The position numbers and the translations under genes are program-made. A stretch of 64,000 bases of DNA from an uncultured virus (IMG/VR IMGVR_UViG_3300020577_009925) (lineage: Duplodnaviria > Heunggongvirae > Uroviricota > Caudoviricetes): IMG/VR virus record IMGVR_UViG_3300020577_009925, one strand, 5' to 3'. Numbering within the stretch: position 1 is the first letter of the stretch; the number at the start of each line of letters is the position of its first letter. Below are positions 37,964 to 45,667 of this stretch, in pieces. The notes beneath the pieces were generated by a model. It saw only the letters and a program-made list of their open reading frames with translations, did no database searches and was not told the origin of the DNA.

Positions 37964-38929
37964 TTAAGAGCGATTTAGGACTTCGCCGCCCAAATGAATT
38001 TCAGGGAATTGTTCAATGACGGCTGAGGCCGATACCTTGCCATCGATAACGTCTTGCTTCTCCGACGCCCGAGGTTCGAAGCGATACTGGGCAACATCAA
38101 GTCCTGTCTGCTCGATGTACGCCATAGACCGCTCATCACTTCGAGCAACGCTCTGGAAGCTCTTCATAGCTGTAACAACCTCGTCGATCCATCGCTGTTC
38201 CTTAGGTCCGCTATCGCCCTTTTCCGCGCTGCGGATAGCAGTGTAACCCTCTAGGATTCCCCGAGCGTCAAAGCGTGTTGGCTGGTGGATGGTGGCGAAG
38301 ATAGCCGCCTGGGTTGTGATATTGCGTCTGGTAGCAGCTTCAAGGTATCCAAGCACTTCATCATCAGTTTGAAGCGGAATACTGCGACTAAGTCCGTGCA
38401 CAACCTGATGCAAGACCTTAGCACCGCCGAAGTATCCAAAATAGCGTGCCAGCAGCGCCGGGTTGAGGCTATCTAAACCCGATTGGAATACTGGGCCCAA
38501 AACGTGAGTTGAGATGTACTGAATGTTTTCCAATCGATCGCGAACATCAAAGCATAGATCGCTGAAGACAGTGACTTCGCCGGTTGTGAGCCCAAACTCC
38601 TGGGCCACCTCTTCGATGGTGAGTTCTGTAAGGAGATACGCCTGAAGCGATATGCCCGATAGATTGTTTCGGTTTCTCCAAAACTCCATCGGTCTAGCGA
38701 TATCAGGGAATCGCTCCATCAGAACAAGATCAGCATCCACATCAGTGTAACCTGACTGGAGCATTACGGATTCGGCTCGAAGATAGGTAGCTAGTCGAGC
38801 TACAAGAGGATCTCGCATCTTGGCCCGACGGCTAACGGATTGACCGTCAGCCATGCGGGTAGCCAAGTTTACTCTCCAGTGCGGATCTCTGTGCCAACGA
38901 TCTCGCTGACTAACTTCTACTTTGGACAC
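37964..38929 (-). CDS. Hypothetical protein with HTH-like segment
   Basis: LTIEEVAQEFGLTTGEV resembles a helix-turn-helix. Confidence 0.45.
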   Translation of the reverse strand: MSKVEVSQRDRWHRDPHWRVNLATRMADGQSVSRRAKMRDPLVARLATYLRAESVMLQSGYTDVDADLVLMERFPDIARPMEFWRNRNNLSGISLQAYLLTELTIEEVAQEFGLTTGEVTVFSDLCFDVRDRLENIQYISTHVLGPVFQSGLDSLNPALLARYFGYFGGAKVLHQVVHGLSRSIPLQTDDEVLGYLEAATRRNITTQAAIFATIHQPTRFDARGILEGYTAIRSAEKGDSGPKEQRWIDEVVTAMKSFQSVARSDERSMAYIEQTGLDVAQYRFEPRASEKQDVIDGKVSASAVIEQFPEIHLGGEVLNRS

Positions 38930-38941
38930 TGTCCACCGCCG

Positions 38942-39142
38942 TTAAGCCTCAGATTCTCCAGAAGGAGCTTCAATGAGGCCGGTTACTTCATCTATCATCG
39001 CGCCAGGAAACATTCTCTCCAGCAACACCAGCCACTGCTGACGCTCGTTCTTCGCCTTCTCGCCGTCGATAATCGCCTGGTTGCACCTTTGAAGGGCAAC
39101 ACAAATAGGCTCGGGGATTTGGACTACTTTATGTGCTGGCAT
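38942..39142 (-). CDS. Small hypothetical protein
   Basis: Co-oriented and tightly packed. Confidence 0.45.
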   Translation of the reverse strand: MPAHKVVQIPEPICVALQRCNQAIIDGEKAKNERQQWLVLLERMFPGAMIDEVTGLIEAPSGESEA

Positions 39143-39828
39143 CGTGCCACCGCAACTTCTGTTCTTGCCAACACACCGTCACAGTAGATCCCGCCTGGGT
39201 CTTTGGTTGTTAGCTCAACCAGCTGTCCGAGCTTGCCAACGTCACTAACCAGCGGGAGCATCCAGTTACCGTCTCGCTCTCGCATACCATCAAACGCCGC
39301 GTTACCAGCAGCTACCTTACAGCTTCGGAAAGGCATCGTCCGAACTATCTCGGCGTAGCTAGTCCAGATCTCATCGTCGCGGTACGGCAAGGCATCAACG
39401 AGTGTTGCCTTTGGTTCTTCAGCGTGCCAACCATGTGGAACAAATATCAAACAGCTTCGGTCAATTTGATCAGCCCTCACCCAGTGCGGCGCTGAATAGA
39501 GCCGCACTGGTAGTGGCTTGAGATACGGCATCGGCAATTCCATGGACGCGATCCGACGGCGAATCAAAATCATCGCCGAGCATGGAGCAAGCGTCGACCA
39601 GGAAACACCTGGGTAATTGAACTTCAAACCCTTGACCGAGCGGTCAATCAGGTTCACCCTCAAAATCTGGTTGAGCCCCAAACGTCCTTCAACAAATACC
39701 GGCCTGTTCTTATCGAAATCCTTCAGCACCGTCTCAAGGGTCATAGACTGAGTCTCGCCCTTGCCATTGGTCATCTTAACGTCACAGTTAATCCAGCCAG
39801 TTACGTTCTTTACAGATACTTGGGTCAC
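39124..39828 (-). CDS. Hypothetical protein
   Basis: Co-oriented ORF. Confidence 0.55.
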   Translation of the reverse strand: MTQVSVKNVTGWINCDVKMTNGKGETQSMTLETVLKDFDKNRPVFVEGRLGLNQILRVNLIDRSVKGLKFNYPGVSWSTLAPCSAMILIRRRIASMELPMPYLKPLPVRLYSAPHWVRADQIDRSCLIFVPHGWHAEEPKATLVDALPYRDDEIWTSYAEIVRTMPFRSCKVAAGNAAFDGMRERDGNWMLPLVSDVGKLGQLVELTTKDPGGIYCDGVLARTEVAVARCQHIK

Positions 39829-39855
39829 TTGAGCAGTCCCTATGTGTAGCGTTGG

Positions 39856-40224
39856 TTACAACCCGCATCGAACTCTGACCCGAATGTTTCTGGCACCCTT
39901 GGTTCGTAGGACAAACTTCCACAGAAGATCGTTGGCGATGACGTTGTCTTCGACAGGCTCGGCCTGAGCAGTAAATGTTTTGTAAACCTGCCAGGAGAAG
40001 CCGCCGTCGATCGATCGCATCATGTCCAAGGCAAAGCCGCCAGCCGGTGCTCCACCTTCTTCAGCAATCGACAAGGCAATGCTTCTCGCACTACCCGCAC
40101 CAGGAAGAAACAGTGTTGGATCTGTTTCAGCACCGGCGGCCGAGAGCAACTGATTGATCGAGGGCATTGACGCCTGGAGAATCGAATCGGTTGCTGGGTT
40201 GTGGGGTAATTGTGCTGCCACCAT
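39856..40224 (-). CDS. Hypothetical beta-sandwich virion protein
   Basis: RSIDGGFSW Asp-box-like motif. Confidence 0.45.
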   Translation of the reverse strand: MVAAQLPHNPATDSILQASMPSINQLLSAAGAETDPTLFLPGAGSARSIALSIAEEGGAPAGGFALDMMRSIDGGFSWQVYKTFTAQAEPVEDNVIANDLLWKFVLRTKGARNIRVRVRCGL

Positions 40225-40225
40225 G

Positions 40226-42592
40226 TTAGATATCCGCTGAAGCTGTCATACGAAGGTCAGTGCCCACCGAAACACTTCGGTTAAAGAGCTGAACGAGTAG
40301 TTTCCCTGCACCTGACAATTGCGTCAACAACTGCTCTTCCATTTCATCAGCGTCATCTACCCCATAACTCTCGGAAAACTCCTCTCCGTGAGCCAAAAGC
40401 AAAAAGCGTGCCCGTCCTACGGTATCGCAAGATTTTAGTAGTCCGCTGAGCAGTCTTTCTCGTTCAACCGAGGTGTTCACGTGATTTACCATCGAAGTGA
40501 ACATCTCATTGTCGAAAATATAGTGCGGATCTTCAGCCATTTGCTCGGCCTCAGCCTTCTCTCGGTGGTCCATCACTTTAGGCTGGGTATATGGCGATTC
40601 CTCACTGCTCCAAGGTGCTTGGTGCTGATTGGCGAACTGCATTGTGTTCGAAGGGATCTCTTCGTTGACGCCGTGCTCGGACTGAATCGGAATGTGATAG
40701 CCTTCTTGCCCGTCAGCTGGACTACTTGGTTCAGCGAACGAGTAATCCGGATCTCGAAGCGAGTAGGCCTGCTTGACCCCACTGGCGATATCCAGCGGAG
40801 TTGTTCCCGGATCAATGATGGCAAACGTCTTGGCCACTCCACTGGACGAATCAACGATCTCCATGGCAGCGGTCTTAGATAGTCCGCTGACCATCAAACT
40901 CATGACGGCGTTACCCTGCTCAACGATCTTGCCGTTGACTTCCAAGTGCTTGCTGCTGATTCGGCTAACAGTGAAAGAGGCCTTCTTGGCCAGCGATGAA
41001 AGATCCAGTGAAGACAGCGGCATTACCGTTAGTGTCTTCACATCCTTGTACTCGCTTCCCTCTTCGGATGTGTAACCAAGCGGGTAATACTTGGTGTCCT
41101 TGGGAACGCGGAGGATGTCGGCGTCTGGTCGCTTGATAATGCGGTTACTGGTCAGCTCGCCAGTTGTGTCAACGCTCACCTGATCGATGTTGGGCTCATT
41201 GTTCTTCTTGGCTGAGCTTCGGTGCACCATTCGCTCAAGCTTGCCCTGAGTTGAGAGGTGCAGGTAGCGAACATTGAACACCATACCCTCTTCGTCTCGC
41301 TCCAAACGACAAGGCTCACTGATCTTTCCGTTGGCATAAACAATGATCGCTGGAACAGCCTTGTCACCAGGCTTGATACTCGAAAGCAACTTGAGCTTCT
41401 CACCAGATAGTAAGTGCTCTTTGAATTCCGATGGGTCCAGCAGCTTCTCACCCTGCTTAGCTGCCAGTTCAGAAGTGGCCACACAAGCAACTGCGCCGCT
41501 GCTCGAATCGATGACAATACAGCTAGTCGCAGATCCGCTGAATGGCTGAATATCCTCAGGGCGATAAACAATCAGCTTCTTCTCAGTTCCGTCGACCATC
41601 GCAACATCGTAGGTGCTTGAGAACACCGGCGACATGTACGAACGTGTCATGTCCAGCACGCCCATCGCCAGCTTTGAGACAGCGCTGTCGCGATAGTCCT
41701 CAATGCAAAGCCCGTACTTGGCTATTTCTGCCACCGCCTGTGAAAGGTCAGTCCGAGTAGCCTGAGAAGCCAATTTGAATGCTGCAACCTTAGGTGTTGC
41801 AACTTGCGACTGAGAATGCAGTGAAACATTGTCGGTGATGGATAGATCCAGCGATGGCCGAGAGGCTGTCTTGAGATTCTGAGCCAGCGACTGTTCGAAC
41901 TTCTTGAGGTTATCGTCCCAATCAGAACCTAGAGCAGCAGCCATCTTAGCTGCGAACTTAGGGCTATGTGCAGCAGCTGCGCGGACAAATGCTCGGGCAC
42001 CATCATGTGCTAGAAGCTCAACCCATTTAGGAGCTGGAAGACTAGCCTTCTTGGTTCCGTCATAGAGTGCTGAAGTCCAAGGATCGTCGATGATCGATTT
42101 GAGGATATTGATCGCCGACTGCTTGGTCATGAAACGGTTTTGATCCGAGAACGGACGAACATTCATAACGGTCTTGCGATTACGACTGGTGCTGGTCAGC
42201 GGTCCTTCCTCGCCTAGGCGAACGCCTCGCTGACGAAGAATGAACTCAAAGACTTCGGGTTCGGCCGGAAGAAACAGTTTGGCGTCTCGAAGGAACAGCA
42301 TTTCGTGTCCCTTCACCTTGCCGTCAATAACAAACATGGGTACGTCAACAATGGTTCCGTTGACATTGAAGACAAAGAAACCAGCTACGAACTTGCCGTC
42401 TTCGCTCTTGTCCAAAAGCGATAACCCAGCGAAGTACTGCATGGCGTCAGGAAGCTGCTCCTGTAGGATACTCATACCTACCTTGGCCAAGACCTGTTCG
42501 TAACCTCGCTCGCTCGTTGGACCGCCAGCGGTCTTGAGGGTGTTGCGAATAACGTCAGAGTAGTCCTTGCGGACGAGTGCAATTGTTGCCAC
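40226..42592 (-). CDS. Large head-module protein (KxA-rich)
   Basis: 788 aa with about a dozen KxA motifs; function not recognisable. Confidence 0.6.
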   Translation of the reverse strand: MATIALVRKDYSDVIRNTLKTAGGPTSERGYEQVLAKVGMSILQEQLPDAMQYFAGLSLLDKSEDGKFVAGFFVFNVNGTIVDVPMFVIDGKVKGHEMLFLRDAKLFLPAEPEVFEFILRQRGVRLGEEGPLTSTSRNRKTVMNVRPFSDQNRFMTKQSAINILKSIIDDPWTSALYDGTKKASLPAPKWVELLAHDGARAFVRAAAAHSPKFAAKMAAALGSDWDDNLKKFEQSLAQNLKTASRPSLDLSITDNVSLHSQSQVATPKVAAFKLASQATRTDLSQAVAEIAKYGLCIEDYRDSAVSKLAMGVLDMTRSYMSPVFSSTYDVAMVDGTEKKLIVYRPEDIQPFSGSATSCIVIDSSSGAVACVATSELAAKQGEKLLDPSEFKEHLLSGEKLKLLSSIKPGDKAVPAIIVYANGKISEPCRLERDEEGMVFNVRYLHLSTQGKLERMVHRSSAKKNNEPNIDQVSVDTTGELTSNRIIKRPDADILRVPKDTKYYPLGYTSEEGSEYKDVKTLTVMPLSSLDLSSLAKKASFTVSRISSKHLEVNGKIVEQGNAVMSLMVSGLSKTAAMEIVDSSSGVAKTFAIIDPGTTPLDIASGVKQAYSLRDPDYSFAEPSSPADGQEGYHIPIQSEHGVNEEIPSNTMQFANQHQAPWSSEESPYTQPKVMDHREKAEAEQMAEDPHYIFDNEMFTSMVNHVNTSVERERLLSGLLKSCDTVGRARFLLLAHGEEFSESYGVDDADEMEEQLLTQLSGAGKLLVQLFNRSVSVGTDLRMTASADI
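41678..41689 (+). repeat. Dispersed palindrome, copy 6 (in CDS)
   Basis: tga-GACAGCGCTGTC-gc. Confidence 0.95.
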
Positions 42593-42612
42593 GGAGCAAA
42601 TCCTTGAGCGAG

Positions 42613-44265
42613 CTACGACTTTTTGACTAATTGGTCTAGGAAGGAGCCGGGTTGGAACTCCGCTAGAGCCATTCGGTACGGTGATGATATTCCATCCTTG
42701 ACAGGTGAGGATGGAATTCGAGGTGCTGGAGCCGGTGCAGGTTTAGGTGCGGCGGCTAGTTGCTGCGGCGCAGGTTGTGCCGGCGCAGGCGGTGCTACCG
42801 GCTGAGGCGCAGGTGGTCGTGGCGGCTGAGCATAAAACTGCTGCTGAGGGACCGGCATCTGAGGCTGCATGCCTACGTTGGCGGGATACGCCGACTGCAG
42901 GATCTTGTCACCTATCACATTGGCACCCAAGTTCGCTGCCTGGTCTGCACCGAGTCTAAGTGCCGCCGGGCCATACTTTCCAAGGATCTTTGCTCCCTTG
43001 AACGCATCACCAGCAAACGGTATCGCAGCAACGCCGTTAACGCCAGCTTCAACCAAGTGCCGAGTTGCTTCGGCTTTGTCACCCATCGCGTAGTTAACAC
43101 CAGAACGGGCAAGCGATACACCTGAGTTCACTAGGTCAGGGATGGCGCCAATACCAGGGATGAACCCGGCTACATTGAGTCCATTCTGAAGCCAATCCAT
43201 TGCTGTCGAACCCCAACCAGCTTCTTTAGCCAACGCCTGCGCCATCTTCCTTCGCATTGACGCAGCGTTGCTCATGAACGCTTGAGGATTAGCTTGCGGT
43301 GAATTGGGATTCTGAACGCTTGAGCCAATGAACTGCGAAAGCGTTTGTCCGGCCATAGCTGGGTTCATGCTTGTAGCGTGCTGATGCTGAGCCTGCACTC
43401 GCTGAGCAGTCTGATTGACCGTATCGAGCGTGAGATCTGCGTCGGGGTTCTGCTGCTCAGCCAATCCAACAACAGCAGCGCCATCAGGCGTGCTCTTCAT
43501 ACGCTTGATCTCAGCCTTTTGCTGATTTTGCTCCCAGTCCATCATCTTGTCCTGAGCTTCAGCATGCAGAAGCATCTTCTGAGCTTCACGAAGCTGGTTG
43601 TAGTCGGGACGAGTGAATTCCGGAGCTGTTCCACTAACCTGCGGGGTCTGCGATGGTTGAGGCTGCGCTGGTTGCGGTTGCTGCGGCTGAGGAGCTTGCG
43701 GCATCCCTGCTTGCACGTTTGCGAGCTTGAAGAAAGCACCGGCCTTGTAACTCATACCTTCAATCGCAGGATCAACGTTGGGCCGAGTCGTCAGCGGAGC
43801 ACTGGTGTAGAAGCCCTGTGGAGCTTGCGATTGCGGCGAGCTGGCACCCATTCGACCAACAAAGTCGAATAACGGCTGAAGCATACCACCCCCGCCACCC
43901 CCGCCTTGTTGCCCCTGTGCCATTAGCTGATCATTGAGCAAAGCCTGCTGCTGGTTGGCCATCATCAAGTTCATGTGATCGCCTTGGAGCTGATTGATCT
44001 GCTCCTGATTACCACGATTCATAAAGGCAGCACCGCCCAAACCCGCACCGGCAGCAAGTACCGGCATCTGAGCTTTTCGCAGTCCCTTGTCGACCGCCTT
44101 AGAAACTTCTCGGTAGCCACGAATAGCCTTCCGTCCGCCAATCGCATTGAGGCCCGCGTTGAACGTTCTTGAGGCGTTGCCCATGATGCCGCGACCAGAC
44201 TTCCAAATGCTTCCAGCTACCTTTTGCGTCAGCTGGCGGCGAACACTTTCAATTTTTGTCGTCAT
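42613..44265 (-). CDS. Gln/Pro/Gly-rich protein with pre-toxin-TG-like segment
   Basis: GLNVAGFIPGIGAIPDLVN...AAIPFAGD resembles PT-TG/pre-toxin hydrophobic hairpins; preceded by AKEAG. Confidence 0.5.
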   Translation of the reverse strand: MTTKIESVRRQLTQKVAGSIWKSGRGIMGNASRTFNAGLNAIGGRKAIRGYREVSKAVDKGLRKAQMPVLAAGAGLGGAAFMNRGNQEQINQLQGDHMNLMMANQQQALLNDQLMAQGQQGGGGGGGMLQPLFDFVGRMGASSPQSQAPQGFYTSAPLTTRPNVDPAIEGMSYKAGAFFKLANVQAGMPQAPQPQQPQPAQPQPSQTPQVSGTAPEFTRPDYNQLREAQKMLLHAEAQDKMMDWEQNQQKAEIKRMKSTPDGAAVVGLAEQQNPDADLTLDTVNQTAQRVQAQHQHATSMNPAMAGQTLSQFIGSSVQNPNSPQANPQAFMSNAASMRRKMAQALAKEAGWGSTAMDWLQNGLNVAGFIPGIGAIPDLVNSGVSLARSGVNYAMGDKAEATRHLVEAGVNGVAAIPFAGDAFKGAKILGKYGPAALRLGADQAANLGANVIGDKILQSAYPANVGMQPQMPVPQQQFYAQPPRPPAPQPVAPPAPAQPAPQQLAAAPKPAPAPAPRIPSSPVKDGISSPYRMALAEFQPGSFLDQLVKKS

Positions 44266-44273
44266 TGGAATCC

Positions 44274-45659
44274 CTAGGATCGTCGACTGATTGTCGCAGG
44301 ATTAGCTGCTAATGTTGGTACGCCTGGAGCAGGTGCTGGCGTCGGCATTCTAACTTGTGGCGATGTTGGAGGACCGCCACCTAGCTGAGCCCTTGGCATC
44401 GAACCTGTTGGCTGCGGAGGTGCCAGCGTTGGTGTTCCACTTGCTGCAGTCGCTGCGGTTGGTTGTGGAGGTGCCAGTGTAGGCGTTCCTGTCTTGGGTT
44501 GCTCCAAAATCGAATGTAAGCCCGGAGTCTCAGGAAGCGGCTGCTCCAAGATCGATTGTTCCGGTCCTGGTGCTGGAGCAGCAGGGATTGGCGATGGTGG
44601 AGCTACCTTAGGTGGCGACTGAAGAATCGATTGTTCCGGTCCCGGTGCTGGCGCAGCAGGCATTGGCGATGGTGGAGCTGCTGTCGGAGCCGGTGGTTGT
44701 GGAAGCGAGCGACCTACTGTTGGGGCTGGACCTGGAGTGTTACCAAACAATCGATCCCAGAATCCTCGATAACCCTGACCAAGGCTCTTGGCCCCGTTGT
44801 ACATGTTCTTGGCCATTCCAAGCGCACTGAATGGATTAGACGGTCCGAATATGGAACCCAGCCCACGTCCAAGAGCACCTAATCCGCTGCCAGCGGCACT
44901 ACCTAGGGCACCTAGCCCGCCAAGACCCATCGCCGTTCCAGCTACACCAGGCACAGCCTGAGCAGCTGCGGTTCCAAGTGCATTCCATCCAGCGGCTGGC
45001 ACATTACCAGCTACACGACCAAGCTGGCTACCAAGGGTCTTGATACCGTCAACACCGTTGGCGACACCGTTGGCGACACCGTTGGCTAGACCCATCGCAC
45101 CTTGACCGATGGCGTTATTAGCGGAGTTACGCAGGCCCTGATAACCGTTGTACGCATCCATAGCACCATTACCCAAAGCCGTTCCAGCAGAGTTCAAAGC
45201 ACCGCCGACAGCCTTCGCACCGCCAGCAACATTGTTGACCAAACCTTGAGCACCCTGGCCAATCGCCTGTGTAGCCTGGTTACCTAGATTCTGAGCACCC
45301 TGATACGCATTAACCATTCCGTTAGATAGGTTGCCAACCATGTTGTTGTAGCCCTGGCCGACTTGGCTCCCGAAGTTTTGCGCTTTCTGCAGTGCCGCGT
45401 TAGCCTGGGCACCGACTTGGCCTGCCCGCTGGAAAACTGGGTCAACAACATACTGATTGGTCGCCTGACCTGCGTCACCCATCGCCTTGTTGCCCAGCTG
45501 ACCTAGAAGATCGCCATAACCTACTTCAGCCTGCTTGCTATTCATGTCACGGCGCATAGCTGCAAGGGTGATTCTTCGAGCAGCCTCTCGAACGGCCGGA
45601 TCGCTTGTTCGGCACATAACACGAGTAGCTGCAGAGGCGATTTTTACATTGGATTGCAT
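44274..45659 (-). CDS. Gly/Ala/Asn-rich amphipathic protein with Pro-rich tail (internal virion/ejection-like)
   Basis: Low-complexity helical repeats; duplicated PAAPAPGPEQSIL and GTPTLAPPQPT. Confidence 0.5.
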   Translation of the reverse strand: MQSNVKIASAATRVMCRTSDPAVREAARRITLAAMRRDMNSKQAEVGYGDLLGQLGNKAMGDAGQATNQYVVDPVFQRAGQVGAQANAALQKAQNFGSQVGQGYNNMVGNLSNGMVNAYQGAQNLGNQATQAIGQGAQGLVNNVAGGAKAVGGALNSAGTALGNGAMDAYNGYQGLRNSANNAIGQGAMGLANGVANGVANGVDGIKTLGSQLGRVAGNVPAAGWNALGTAAAQAVPGVAGTAMGLGGLGALGSAAGSGLGALGRGLGSIFGPSNPFSALGMAKNMYNGAKSLGQGYRGFWDRLFGNTPGPAPTVGRSLPQPPAPTAAPPSPMPAAPAPGPEQSILQSPPKVAPPSPIPAAPAPGPEQSILEQPLPETPGLHSILEQPKTGTPTLAPPQPTAATAASGTPTLAPPQPTGSMPRAQLGGGPPTSPQVRMPTPAPAPGVPTLAANPATISRRS

Positions 45660-45667
45660 GTTTTTTC

